Below, piece by piece: positions 52,548 through 62,652 of a stretch of 64,000 nucleotides of DNA. A model generated the notes under the pieces. The model was not told the origin of the DNA. It ran no database searches and was given only the letters and a program-made list of their open reading frames with translations. This DNA comes from Gammaproteobacteria bacterium (GTDB lineage Bacteria > Pseudomonadota > Gammaproteobacteria > UBA4575). The stretch is taken from assembly GCA_965243395.1 (NCBI GenBank), contig CBDEUS010000002.1:1120001-1184000 (forward strand), read 5' to 3'. Each line of letters starts with the position of its first letter. Position 1 is the first letter of the stretch. The position numbers and the translations under genes are program-made.

Positions 52548-53633
52548 ATGGAAAAACTTCAAGCTCTTTATGACTCCTGGCTCGCAATCTTTGGGCCAAA
52601 CCTATATCTAAAAGCGCTTGGAATTGTTTTAATCTTTGCGGCTTTCGCTCTAATTTTCAATTTTGTCATTATTCGTTTCTTAAAACGTATAACAGCGAAA
52701 ACTTCATTTAAAAGTGACGACCATATGCTTGAACTGGTTCAAAAACCTGTTTTTGTAAGCTTGGTTATTTTTGGTTTTGTGCAGGCAATACATGTATTAG
52801 ACATGCCTGAAAATGTAGTGGCAACTACAGTAGCTGTTTTAAAAACTATTGTTATTTTAGTTTGGGCATCATTTGCAATTAAATTTTCAAGATTTTTGCT
52901 CAAAACATTAAGTTCAAGAAAAAGTAACACAGAAGCGAGAAGTCAGCTCATCCAACAGAGCACTTTGCCATTATTCAGCAACCTTGCATTGTTACTTATT
53001 GTTGCTGCAACAATATATATGTTGTTTTTAGCTTGGGGGATCAATGTAACGGCTTGGTTGGCTTCTGCAGGAATCATTGGATTAGCGCTCAGTTTTGCAG
53101 CCAAGGATACACTGGCAAATTTGTTCGCAGGCGTTTTTATATTGGCAGACACACCATACAAGTTGGGAGACTATATTGTTTTAGATTCAGGTGAACGTGG
53201 CAAAGTAACTCATATAGGTATTCGCAGTACACGAATGTTAACGCGCGATGATATAGAAATTACAGTGCCGAACTCGATAATGGGTAATGCAAAAATTACC
53301 AATGAAGCAGGTGGTCCATCTAATAAACATCGTATTCGTGTCAAAGTGGGTGTGGCTTATGGCAGTGATATCGATCTAGTGCGAGATGTTTTACAAAAGA
53401 TTGCTAACGATAACGAAAAAGTATGTCGTTTACCTGAACCCCGTGTGCGTTTTCGTAATTTTGGACCTTCCAGTGTGGATTTTGAATTATTGTGTTGGAT
53501 TGACCAGCCAGTTTTGCGCGGGCAAGTGCTTGATCAGTTATACTCTGAGGTCTATAAGAAATTCATTGAGCATGGAATAGAAATACCTTACACCAAGCAA
53601 GATGTTTATATTAAAAGCATGCCTACAACATAA
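52548..53633 (+). CDS. MscS-family mechanosensitive channel
   Basis: SAGIIGLALSFAAKDTLAN, PYKLGD, GIRST, VPNS, IEIPY. Confidence 0.92.
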   Translation: MEKLQALYDSWLAIFGPNLYLKALGIVLIFAAFALIFNFVIIRFLKRITAKTSFKSDDHMLELVQKPVFVSLVIFGFVQAIHVLDMPENVVATTVAVLKTIVILVWASFAIKFSRFLLKTLSSRKSNTEARSQLIQQSTLPLFSNLALLLIVAATIYMLFLAWGINVTAWLASAGIIGLALSFAAKDTLANLFAGVFILADTPYKLGDYIVLDSGERGKVTHIGIRSTRMLTRDDIEITVPNSIMGNAKITNEAGGPSNKHRIRVKVGVAYGSDIDLVRDVLQKIANDNEKVCRLPEPRVRFRNFGPSSVDFELLCWIDQPVLRGQVLDQLYSEVYKKFIEHGIEIPYTKQDVYIKSMPTT

Positions 53634-53654
53634 ATATTAATAAAAGCAATATTA

Positions 53655-53828
53655 ATGGGATCAATATCAGTAAAACCTTCTAAACAAATCCAAAATCAAA
53701 ATATGGCCGTATGTGATGGTGGTGGAGGTGCATTAGGACATCCAAAAGTGTATTTACCTTTTGGTAACAAATCTGAAGTGGTTTGTTATTACTGTGGTAG
53801 GCGGTTTGAGAAAAAAGCAGACTCATAG
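53655..53828 (+). CDS. zf-CHCC zinc-finger protein (57 aa; absent from the ORF track)
   Basis: Translated by hand: ...VCDGGGGALGHPKVYLPFGNKSEVVCYYCGRRF... Confidence 0.9.
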   Translation: MGSISVKPSKQIQNQNMAVCDGGGGALGHPKVYLPFGNKSEVVCYYCGRRFEKKADS

Positions 53829-54009
53829 AGTATATCTACTAGGTCAGTAAAAAATAATTATAGTTGTTTAAAAAAGGCACATCGCATGTCTGCTGTGCTG
53901 TAATTTTTCTTTGCGTTAACTAATAGTTGCTGTAAATTTTAAATTGAATTTTTTATTCTAAATTTGTCTAAATCTGTTTTTAGATAATTAATTAAAGTGA
54001 GGTTCTAAT

Positions 54010-54402
54010 ATGTCTACGGATAGGATAAGTGTCATGGTTACGTCTGGTAACCGTGAACAATTGCAGATGGCTGCAATGGTGGCATCTGTAGGAGCAGTGA
54101 GCGGATCTGATGTAACTGTGTTTTTATCTATGAATGCATTGAAGTTTTTTATTAAAGGCTCTGAACAAAAAGCACCTGCTGAAGGTGAAATGGGAAATTT
54201 AATGGAAGAAAAGAATGCGCCAAACTTTATGGAATTGTTTTCTCAAGCTGTAGAGTACGGTGATGCAAAAATTTTCCCCTGTTCTATGGCTGTAGATATA
54301 CTGGAAGTTAAACAAGAAGAGTTGGAAGATTTTGTCTCTGAACCTTTGGGATTGACGGCATTTTTGGGTGATGCTTCTGAAGGCCAAGTTTGGCACTTTT
54401 AG
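54010..54402 (+). CDS. DsrE/DsrF/DrsH-like sulfur-transfer protein
   Basis: DsrE-fold pattern with Cys in KIFPCSMA; GAGG RBS; next to tusA. Confidence 0.85.
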   Translation: MSTDRISVMVTSGNREQLQMAAMVASVGAVSGSDVTVFLSMNALKFFIKGSEQKAPAEGEMGNLMEEKNAPNFMELFSQAVEYGDAKIFPCSMAVDILEVKQEELEDFVSEPLGLTAFLGDASEGQVWHF

Positions 54403-54444
54403 TTCAAAATAAAGTCTAAAGTTTTATTAATTAGAAAATATTTC

Positions 54445-54687
54445 ATGGAGAGTAATGTGGCGGAAAGAAAAGTTGTCGATGCAAAAAACACATTTTGTCC
54501 CGGGCCATTAATGGAGCTCATTGGTCAAATGAAAATGGCGGAAGTAGGAGATGAATTAGAAATATTATCTACAGATCAAGGATCTGCGAATGATATTCCT
54601 GAATGGATCAATAAAGTTGGACACGAAATGATAGATAGTTTTGAAGAAGAAGGTGTTTGGCATATTGTAGTTAAAAAAGCCAAATAG
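54445..54687 (+). CDS. TusA-family sulfur carrier
   Basis: D....FCPGP...L, GD.LE....D, DIP.W. Confidence 0.92.
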   Translation: MESNVAERKVVDAKNTFCPGPLMELIGQMKMAEVGDELEILSTDQGSANDIPEWINKVGHEMIDSFEEEGVWHIVVKKAK

Positions 54688-54737
54688 AATTTTAAAAATT
54701 AACGGATTAATACAGAAGGATAAAGAGAGAGGTAATC

Positions 54738-55865
54738 ATGAGAATACTTGTAGTCGGCGGAGGAATGGGTGGAACCATCCTCGCCAATAATTTAGCAAGA
54801 AGATTAAGTGGTGAATTAAAGTCTGGTAAAGCCAGTATCACCATGTTGTCAGCATCTGAAAAACATATGTACCAACCTGGATTGTTATATGTAGCAGTTG
54901 GCAAAATGACTCCCGATGAATTGTATCGAGACCAAGTAAGTTTGCTTGAGTCAAGCATAACATTCCGTGTTGATCCGGTTACAAAGTTTAATCTTAAAGA
55001 AAATAATGTAGTAACTGAGAGTGGAAAACAGTATGACTACGATATTATCGTGATTTCTACTGGTTCGCGGACCTTCGCGGAAGGCACACCTGGTTTAGCT
55101 GAAAATGCTTTGCAATTTTATACTGAAGCTGATGCCGTCAATATGTATAAAAGCTTACAAAAGTTTGAAGGCGGAAAAGTTGTTGTTGCCGTGGGCGTTC
55201 CTCACAAATGTCCTATGGCGCCTCTTGAAATCACCTTTATGCTAGCCGATTACTTTAGAGAGCGTGGAATTTGGGACAAAGTACAAATGCATTACACCTA
55301 TCCGATTGGACGCGTGCATAGCTTGGAACCTGTAGCGCAATGGGCACAACCTGAGTTTGACCGTTTAGGCATAACTTATGAAACTTTATTCAATATGAAA
55401 GAGGTCACTGAAAATAAAGTTATCAGCGAGGAGGGTACAGAGGCTGAATATGATTTATTGGTGACTGTTCCTTCACACAAAGGTATGCAAGTTATCGAAG
55501 ATAGTGATTTAGGTGCCGGTGGATTTATTCCAACTGATCGTGCTCGTCTTAATATTGAGGGCTATGAAAATGCATTTGTAATTGGTGATACGACAAACTT
55601 ACCAATTAGTAAGGCAGGATCTACTGCCCACTTCGAGGCAGAAGCGTTGGCTGAAAATATTGCATCTACTATCAAGATTGGTACACCTGTTCGTGACTAT
55701 GATGGCAAAGTGTTTTGTTTTATTGAAGCAGGTGAAGGGAAAGCTACTTATGCCATGTTCAATTACCAGAACCCACCCAATCCAAAAGCACCCACAAAAG
55801 GTATACATTGGTTTAAGACAGCATATAACAAAATGTATTGGGCCAGTGCCCGTGGTCTTCTTTAA
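54738..55865 (+). CDS. Sulfide:quinone oxidoreductase-like FAD oxidoreductase (short, type III-like)
   Basis: GGGMGG, H.YQPG..Y, KCPMAPLE, IGD, SKAG..AH, YDGK..CF. Confidence 0.88.
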   Translation: MRILVVGGGMGGTILANNLARRLSGELKSGKASITMLSASEKHMYQPGLLYVAVGKMTPDELYRDQVSLLESSITFRVDPVTKFNLKENNVVTESGKQYDYDIIVISTGSRTFAEGTPGLAENALQFYTEADAVNMYKSLQKFEGGKVVVAVGVPHKCPMAPLEITFMLADYFRERGIWDKVQMHYTYPIGRVHSLEPVAQWAQPEFDRLGITYETLFNMKEVTENKVISEEGTEAEYDLLVTVPSHKGMQVIEDSDLGAGGFIPTDRARLNIEGYENAFVIGDTTNLPISKAGSTAHFEAEALAENIASTIKIGTPVRDYDGKVFCFIEAGEGKATYAMFNYQNPPNPKAPTKGIHWFKTAYNKMYWASARGLL

Positions 55866-55879
55866 GAGGGGGTATGGTT

Positions 55880-56413
55880 ATGAGCGAACTTCAATCAATG
55901 CAAACTGAAGCAGAACGTATTTTTGAAAGTGCGGCAGATGCACTTTCAGATGATATCGTTAGCAGACTGGGTTCTACGATGGGCGATGGTTTAATGCTTT
56001 TAGACCAAGTAAGTCGTAGTAATTTAGATAAAGCAATTCCATTGATTAATCATCTTGTTGAGACGGGTGACTTGGAGCGTGCAGTCAATCTTTTACGTGT
56101 GCTAGGTTCAGCAGGTGATGCATTAAGTGATGATATTGTTGCGCGAATGGGTGAAATGGCTAACTCATTGTTAATTATTGCGGACCGTATTTCGCGAAAT
56201 GAAAATATCCATAAACTTTTGGACTTGCTAGAACGTGATTACATGGTCGACATGCTTACAAGCCTATGTGAGGCTGCGGCAAATGCTAAGGCGAGTCATG
56301 ATGTTGATGCCAAAGGTGGCATTATGGGTTTAATTCACACGATGAAAGATCCAGAGGTGCAGCAAGCACTTAAATTTATGTCTAAATTCAGTGCAGGCTT
56401 TAAGAATACCTAG
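55880..56413 (+). CDS. DUF1641-like amphipathic helical protein
   Basis: C-terminal GIMGL...MKDPEVQ.AL.F; duplicated DALSDDIV.R.G; GAGGGGG RBS. Confidence 0.78.
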   Translation: MSELQSMQTEAERIFESAADALSDDIVSRLGSTMGDGLMLLDQVSRSNLDKAIPLINHLVETGDLERAVNLLRVLGSAGDALSDDIVARMGEMANSLLIIADRISRNENIHKLLDLLERDYMVDMLTSLCEAAANAKASHDVDAKGGIMGLIHTMKDPEVQQALKFMSKFSAGFKNT

Positions 56414-56433
56414 TATTTATAAAATTAAACTTT

Positions 56434-56473
56434 AAAAGCTCTCTTGATCGAGAAATATTAAGAGGGCTTTTTT
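56434..56473. terminator. Bidirectional intrinsic terminator
   Basis: AAAAGCTCTCTTGAT...ATTAAGAGGGCTTTTTT between convergent genes. Confidence 0.8.
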
Positions 56474-57141
56474 TATGGACAAAAGCTTCTATTCGAATTA
56501 TTGATATACGAAATTTTTTGATTTTGACTTAAACGGTAGAATCTGCGTAATTCATTTGGAATGGATTCGGAGTTGGATTGATATGCTTCCATTAAATTTA
56601 AACAATACTGTGAAGCATATGCATTTGCTTTTTGATAGCGTTGCAATGATTGATTTTCGAGATTGGATTCAAACTTTGGATCGGAAAATAGTAGTTCCCA
56701 TATTTCATTCATGCTCGGTATGTCTTGTTTACTATTCAAAGCCGTTAATGCGCTAACAAATTTGTCTACTTCTGCTTGTAGCTCAAGTTCTAACTGAGAG
56801 ACAGGACGATCATGACTTGCATTCCATGCTACATATAAAAAATGACTCACACCTTCCAGGGCAATCCAAAAATCATGCAATAATTTTTTATTTGTATGTG
56901 GTGTAGGATATTGATTACCCAGACTCTTAACTAATTTGTCATCTAAATAAAGTGAGACATCTAAATATTCATCATTTGTTGCGATGAGTAGCTGTTCCCG
57001 CACATTTTTTTCTATTTTCCTATCAGAAATTATTTCTGCAAATTCTCTATCGGTAATAACATAATCAAGAACATTTTCAGAAACAGAAACCTCATAAATT
57101 TCTTGAAGTTTGGTCTGGATATCTGCAAGCAGTGCCGACAT
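56473..57141 (-). CDS. Hypothetical protein with zincin-like E-x3-H...ExxAE motif
   Basis: 222-aa ORF with LEGVSHF...LELELQAEVDKF, RY..AN..A..Y and ELRRFYR; starts 6 nt after the upstream gene's stop. Confidence 0.8.
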   Translation of the reverse strand: MSALLADIQTKLQEIYEVSVSENVLDYVITDREFAEIISDRKIEKNVREQLLIATNDEYLDVSLYLDDKLVKSLGNQYPTPHTNKKLLHDFWIALEGVSHFLYVAWNASHDRPVSQLELELQAEVDKFVSALTALNSKQDIPSMNEIWELLFSDPKFESNLENQSLQRYQKANAYASQYCLNLMEAYQSNSESIPNELRRFYRLSQNQKISYINNSNRSFCP

Positions 57142-57147
57142 AAGAGG

Positions 57148-57741
57148 TTATTGTAGGCTTATAGGTTGGTCTATAGGCAAGATGTGATTATCAATAAGTA
57201 TTCTTTTTGCCTTTTTGCTTTGTGTTCGCAACCAGACGTCGTATACATGCAGTAAATTTTCGTCTGACTGATTTTTATTTAAATCAGACAAAATGTCGGC
57301 GAAATCAACAAATTTATTTGACAATTCAGTGAACACGTTTTTCTTGGATGTCACATATAAATGTGTGCCGTAAGATTCGGAGAGATAACCGTATGCAGTG
57401 CCACCCATCGCAACATAGTAATCAACACTTACTGCTTTTTTGTTTAAGCTTCTGGAGAATAACCCGCAAATGAATAAAGCAATGTCACCTAAACGCTGCA
57501 AGGCAATGTCACGTTCGTGGTTTGATTTAGAATTTACAGCATCTGAATAATACAGTGCTAATGGTTTGTGGGCTGCACGTCCTTGGTCTTGATCAATGAA
57601 TGTTTCGGAGCGTGAAAATGTGACTAATAAATTTGTCAAGTACGAAATAGTATCGTCTTGAGCTTGTATATTTTGTTTGTGTAAAGACTTTAATAAAAAA
57701 CTATGAAAGTAATTTCGTAGACTTTCCTGTTTTACGAGCAT
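57148..57741 (-). CDS. Hypothetical helical protein
   Basis: 197-aa ORF with Y..NLL..F, LQRLGD.ALF..G.F, VDYYVAMGG.AY, F.EL..KF and LL..Y..W. Confidence 0.8.
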   Translation of the reverse strand: MLVKQESLRNYFHSFLLKSLHKQNIQAQDDTISYLTNLLVTFSRSETFIDQDQGRAAHKPLALYYSDAVNSKSNHERDIALQRLGDIALFICGLFSRSLNKKAVSVDYYVAMGGTAYGYLSESYGTHLYVTSKKNVFTELSNKFVDFADILSDLNKNQSDENLLHVYDVWLRTQSKKAKRILIDNHILPIDQPISLQ

Positions 57742-57882
57742 GTTAGCAATCCATTATTTAAGTCATCATCTTATTTTCCTAATTGGTGTGTTAAATATCA
57801 AATTAAAATTTGACTAGAGGTATAGCCATTTATCAGCTTGTTAATACCGTAAAATTTTATTAATTATAAAAGTATATTTTTT

Positions 57883-57909
57883 TAAGCACTCTACAGATTA
57901 GAGTGCTAA
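57883..57909 (-). promoter_or_regulatory. CIRCE element (HrcA operator)
   Basis: Minus strand TTAGCACTC-TAATCTGTA-GAGTGCTTA versus consensus TTAGCACTC-N9-GAGTGCTAA: 17/18 with an exact 9-nt spacer. Confidence 0.85.
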
Positions 57910-57971
57910 ATTTTATGGATTGGAAATTATATAAAATAGTGAGATTAATAAGAGAAGGACACGTAAAAATA

Positions 57972-59648
57972 TTATTGTTTAATGTTGGCAGATTCAATTT
58001 TTGCCCATGTATCTCGCAGAGTTGCGATCCTATTGAAAACAAGTTTGCTGTCGCTGGTAAATTTATTGTCTAAACAGAAATATCCTTGGCGTTCAAATTG
58101 TATCCGATCTTGTAACGCAATATTTTTTGCATGCGGTTCAATCTTTGAGTCATTGTAAATAATTAATGAATTTTTATTTAATGTAGATGCAAAATCTTCA
58201 GCTGCTGCTGGATTTGGTACATTAAATAGTCGGTCATACAAGCGTGTTTCGGCTGAAAGTGCATGTTTAGCAGAAACCCAATGAATTATTCCTTTTAGCT
58301 TCTTTTTATTTTTCCCAGCGCTCTCTGGGTCATATTCACAACGTAGCTCAACAATATCACCTGCCTCATTTTTAATTACTTCATTACATTTAATGTCATA
58401 TGCATTACGTAAACGAACTTCTTTGCCAGGGCTCAGGCGGAAAAACTTGTTAGGTGGATTTTCCATAAAGTCTTCATGCTCAATATAAATAGTTTTTGAA
58501 AATGGAATATTTCGTTTTCCTTGCTCAGGATTTTTGGGGTGATTATTGGCAGAAAATTCTTCTTCTTGATCTTCCGGATAATTTTCTATCACAATTTTTA
58601 AAGGATTAATTACACACATGATACGATTTGCACGTGGATCGAGGTCTTCGCGTATGCAATTTTCTAATACACTCATTTCAATAAAAGCATCTTTTTTGGT
58701 GATTCCGATGCGTTCACAAAAATCTCGAATGGAGTCAGGTGTGATACCACGCCGCCGCATGCCGGAAATGGTGGGCATACGTGGGTCGTCCCATCCATCA
58801 ACATAGTTTTCAGAAACCAATAAATTTAGTTTTCGTTTGCTACTTATGGTGTATTCAACAGACAATCGCGCAAACTCTATTTGCTGTGGGTGACAAGGTG
58901 TGTCGAGTTGATCTAATACCCAATCATAAAGCGGACGATGATCTTCAAATTCTAAGGTACATAAAGAGTGCGTAATATTTTCTAAAGCATCTGATATGCA
59001 ATGAGTGTAATCATACATTGGATAAATGCACCATTTATCTTCTGTTCTGGGGTGTGATGCATATTTAATTCGATACAACACCGGATCACGCATATTAATA
59101 TTTGCTGAAGCCATATCAATTTTTGCTCGTAACACATGTTCACCCTCTTTAAATTCGCCGTTACGCATACGTGTGAATAAATCTAAATTTTCTTCGACAC
59201 TACGCGATCGGTAGGGGCTCTCGATGCCGGGTTCAGTGAGTGTTCCGCGTTGTTTACGAATTTCTTCTGCATCTAAACTGCAAACATAGGCTTTACCTGC
59301 ATTGATCAATTCAATTGCATACTCGTATAGCTTCTCAAAATAATCGGAGGCATATCTAAGCTCAGACCAATCAAATCCTAACCATTGAACGTCTTCCTTA
59401 ATCGCATCGATATACTCTTGGCTTTCTTTTTCTGGATTTGTGTCATCAAAGCGTAAATTGCAGCGACCTTTGTAATCCTGAGCAATGCCAAAATTTAAGC
59501 AGATCGACTTTGCATGACCAATGTGAAGATAACCGTTAGGCTCTGGTGGAAATCGAGTGATTACTTTTCCATCATTTTTACCATCTGCAATGTCTTGATC
59601 GATGATATTGCGAATAAAGTTAGAGGGCTGTTCGGGGGAATTGCTCAT
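57972..59648 (-). CDS. glnS: Glutamine--tRNA ligase
   Basis: [46 protein letters not shown]. Confidence 0.97.
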   Translation of the reverse strand: MSNSPEQPSNFIRNIIDQDIADGKNDGKVITRFPPEPNGYLHIGHAKSICLNFGIAQDYKGRCNLRFDDTNPEKESQEYIDAIKEDVQWLGFDWSELRYASDYFEKLYEYAIELINAGKAYVCSLDAEEIRKQRGTLTEPGIESPYRSRSVEENLDLFTRMRNGEFKEGEHVLRAKIDMASANINMRDPVLYRIKYASHPRTEDKWCIYPMYDYTHCISDALENITHSLCTLEFEDHRPLYDWVLDQLDTPCHPQQIEFARLSVEYTISSKRKLNLLVSENYVDGWDDPRMPTISGMRRRGITPDSIRDFCERIGITKKDAFIEMSVLENCIREDLDPRANRIMCVINPLKIVIENYPEDQEEEFSANNHPKNPEQGKRNIPFSKTIYIEHEDFMENPPNKFFRLSPGKEVRLRNAYDIKCNEVIKNEAGDIVELRCEYDPESAGKNKKKLKGIIHWVSAKHALSAETRLYDRLFNVPNPAAAEDFASTLNKNSLIIYNDSKIEPHAKNIALQDRIQFERQGYFCLDNKFTSDSKLVFNRIATLRDTWAKIESANIKQ

Positions 59649-59725
59649 GGATAATTTAATTAAGATGTATATGAGTAATGTATTATATATTTTATAAATA
59701 AAACAGCCTTAATAAAGAAAATTAC

Positions 59726-60265
59726 ATGAGTCCACAAATTAAGAAAATATTAATTATCGGCGTACCAATTTTATTGCGAAAATTATTTCGCGGTAAAAAA
59801 ATATTTCAAAATATTGGATTGATGCTGTTGGTATTGATAGCTGTAAGCTGGCTTATTATTCAATATCCTTTCATTGTATCCGATACTAATGAGTCTAGAG
59901 AATCATCTTCAAATCAATCTGAAATATTATCAAGTGAACAGTCAAATATTAGCTCTTTATATGATGCGCAAATTTCCGGCGTTATGGTATCAACGAGAGG
60001 TAATGTTATACGAATTTTACAGGACGATAATGATGGAAGTCGCCATCAACGATTCTTAATTAGAATACCAGATGGCTTGACTTTGTTAATAGCACACAAT
60101 ATTGATCTTGCACCAAGAGTGCCTATAGAGTTGCATGATCAAGTTTCAATTTATGGTCAATATGAATGGAATGAAAAGGGTGGAGTTTTACATTGGACAC
60201 ATCATGACCCTGACAAAAACCATCCAGAGGGATGGATCATGCATGAGGGAGTAAAATATGATTAA
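59726..60265 (+). CDS. DUF3465-domain protein
   Basis: DD..GSRHQRF, AHNIDLAPR, G.YEW...GG..HWTHHDP...H..GW. Confidence 0.88.
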   Translation: MSPQIKKILIIGVPILLRKLFRGKKIFQNIGLMLLVLIAVSWLIIQYPFIVSDTNESRESSSNQSEILSSEQSNISSLYDAQISGVMVSTRGNVIRILQDDNDGSRHQRFLIRIPDGLTLLIAHNIDLAPRVPIELHDQVSIYGQYEWNEKGGVLHWTHHDPDKNHPEGWIMHEGVKYD

Positions 60266-60903
60266 GATGAAGTACCAGCTTTTGCAGAATAATTTTTATA
60301 TCGCTTCAATACTTTTTTTACGTAACCTTTAGTTTCTGCATAGGGTGGAATACCGCCATATCTTTCAACAGCATGTGGACCGGCATTGTACGCTGCTAGT
60401 GCAAGTTCAACATTGTTATTAAAACGAGCTAACATTTGGCTAAAATAATTAATACCACCACGAATATTTGCATTTGCATTAAATGAGTCTTTTACTCCTA
60501 ATTCTTTCGCTGTTGCTGGCATCAGTTGCATCAAGCCTCTGGCACCAACCGAGGAAACTGCTTTGCGATCAAAACAAGATTCTATGGCGATTATTGCTTT
60601 GACCAGATTTGGGTCTACTTCGTATGCGATAGAATAAGCCTCTATAGCGTCCAGATACGTGCTCGCACGTTTATCCATTTTTGCAGGAGTCATATTTCGA
60701 CAAGACACTACTGCGGTGGGACGTCCGATGGTTGCCATCAAAGTATATTTTTCCTGAGGCATCTTACGATCAGTAATCCAGCTAGTACCGTCATTTTCTT
60801 TGTATACATAAAACTCAGCTTGTAACTGCATGGGTAATACAATTAAAAAAATGCCTATCAAAATACTGTGTATAGAGACTAAGCTGTAAATTTTGTAGAT
60901 CAT
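60262..60903 (-). CDS. Lytic transglycosylase (SLT domain)
   Basis: IES, AVS..GA.GLMQLMP.TA, ALAAYNAG, PPY.ET..YV. Confidence 0.92.
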   Translation of the reverse strand: MIYKIYSLVSIHSILIGIFLIVLPMQLQAEFYVYKENDGTSWITDRKMPQEKYTLMATIGRPTAVVSCRNMTPAKMDKRASTYLDAIEAYSIAYEVDPNLVKAIIAIESCFDRKAVSSVGARGLMQLMPATAKELGVKDSFNANANIRGGINYFSQMLARFNNNVELALAAYNAGPHAVERYGGIPPYAETKGYVKKVLKRYKNYSAKAGTSS

Positions 60904-61051
60904 GTCAAAGAAGGTGAGAAGTTAAGGTATGATTGTATCTAAATAAGAGTCCTATAAATTTCCATTCTATGCACTGAATATTACCACTTATCTCATGCGT
61001 TACTAGTTGGAATATGTCAATTTCGAAATAAACCTAAATAGTATTTTATTG

Positions 61052-61897
61052 ATGCCCACTACTTTGGAACAACCAATTGCTCACGAACTTATGCTTGCTC
61101 CTCTGAGTGAGAAAAGTATTCAGCGCCACTTGAACGAGCTGAGTGAGAATACTATAGGAAAAATTCAAATATTTTCCAGTCTAGACTCTACAAATAATTA
61201 CTTAATAGAGAATGAAATTCATACAGAACAGGTTTCTGTATGTCTTGCAGAGCAGCAAACCCAAGGCCGGGGTCGCTATGGGCATCAGTGGGTTTCACCT
61301 TCTGGAGTTAATTTATATTTATCAATGTTATGGCCTGTCAAAGATGCTCAACAACAATTTGATGTACTAAGTCTCTGGTTTTTATTATCTATAGCTGAAC
61401 TGTTAGAGGAGTTTCAAATTAAGAATATAGAGCTTAAATGGCCTAATGATATTTGTGTAAAGAATAAAAAATTAGCAGGTGTGCTAATCGAGCGAAAAGT
61501 TGGACATAATAAGCAACACTTGGTAGTTGGGATTGGATTAAATGTTGCGATGTCTAAAATTGATAATGTAGAAATTGATACTCCTTGGATTGATTTATTA
61601 TTAGCAAGACCTGATTGGCAAGCATCACGAAATGAATTAGCAGCAAAAGTAATTAATGCATTCTGTTTAGTACTAACAAATTTTGAACAAAATCGGCTGG
61701 CTAACTTGGCAAGTTTATGGAGTTCCTATGATATGTTAATAGATAAGGAAGTTAGGTTTATTTTGGCAGGTGAAGCAGAAAAAGGGAAAGTGTTAGGGAT
61801 TGATGACTCGGGTAAAATTGTCCTAGAAATTAATGACAAAATTGAGCATTTACATAGCTCACAAATAAGTAATATAAAAATTATTAACCTTAGCTGA
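61052..61897 (+). CDS. birA: Biotin--[acetyl-CoA-carboxylase] ligase (no HTH domain)
   Basis: DSTN, AE.QT.GRGR, W.SP, KWPND, KLAGVL.E, GIGLN. Start is uncertain. Confidence 0.93.
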   Translation: MPTTLEQPIAHELMLAPLSEKSIQRHLNELSENTIGKIQIFSSLDSTNNYLIENEIHTEQVSVCLAEQQTQGRGRYGHQWVSPSGVNLYLSMLWPVKDAQQQFDVLSLWFLLSIAELLEEFQIKNIELKWPNDICVKNKKLAGVLIERKVGHNKQHLVVGIGLNVAMSKIDNVEIDTPWIDLLLARPDWQASRNELAAKVINAFCLVLTNFEQNRLANLASLWSSYDMLIDKEVRFILAGEAEKGKVLGIDDSGKIVLEINDKIEHLHSSQISNIKIINLS

Positions 61898-62634
61898 TGA
61901 AGTTATTACTCGATTTAGGCAACAGTCGTTGCAAGTATGCTTTGCTACATGAAGGGGATAAAATTGAATATGGAGCACAAGATTATGGTCCATTTGGTAA
62001 GCTTTATACCGTTAAATCTTTATGCGATAAGGATAATATAAAAAAAGTTATTATCTGCTCCGTGCTTAGCGAAAAAATGAATTCTGAAATAATTGATGTG
62101 CTTGTAAATAAAGATGGGCATGATGTTTACAGCTTATCTGCAGAAAAAAATAGTTTCGGTGTACAACTTGCGTATGAAAATCCAATCACAATGGGAGCGG
62201 ATCGCGTATCAGCGTTAATCGCTGCAAAAAATAAATATCCAGGTAATGTTTGTGTGGTGGATTGTGGCACTGCTATTACTATTGATGCATTAGATGGTGA
62301 TGGTGTTCATAAAGGTGGGGTTATTTTTCCAAGTGCAAAAGTTATGCAAAAAGATTTGCTAAATAGTACTAATATTGAATCTGATAATGATGATGTAAAA
62401 TTCAATATATTTGCAGATACAACAGGACAGGCAATATATGCCGGTTGTATGAGTGCAACTGGAGGCGGCATTGAATTTACCGTTAATAAGATGATCGAGC
62501 AAAATGAAAAATTTGATCAAATTATATTTACAGGCGGGGGTGCTGAGCAAATGGAACATTTCGTAAATTTGCAAGTAGAGATTGATTCCACACTTGTTCT
62601 TGATGGTTTAAGAGTTGTAGCAAAAAATATTTAA
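61897..62634 (+). CDS. coaX: Type III pantothenate kinase
   Basis: LLDLGNS..K, MGADR, VDCGTA.T.D, H.GG.I.P, TGGG. Confidence 0.93.
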   Translation: MKLLLDLGNSRCKYALLHEGDKIEYGAQDYGPFGKLYTVKSLCDKDNIKKVIICSVLSEKMNSEIIDVLVNKDGHDVYSLSAEKNSFGVQLAYENPITMGADRVSALIAAKNKYPGNVCVVDCGTAITIDALDGDGVHKGGVIFPSAKVMQKDLLNSTNIESDNDDVKFNIFADTTGQAIYAGCMSATGGGIEFTVNKMIEQNEKFDQIIFTGGGAEQMEHFVNLQVEIDSTLVLDGLRVVAKNI

Positions 62635-62652
62635 TTAAAATTAACATTTAAA

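Noticed and set aside
57883-57909. Reading the CIRCE hairpin as the glnS intrinsic terminator
   Set aside because: On the glnS strand it is followed by an A-run rather than a U-tract, and the arms and spacer match CIRCE at 17/18. Disfavoured but not excluded.
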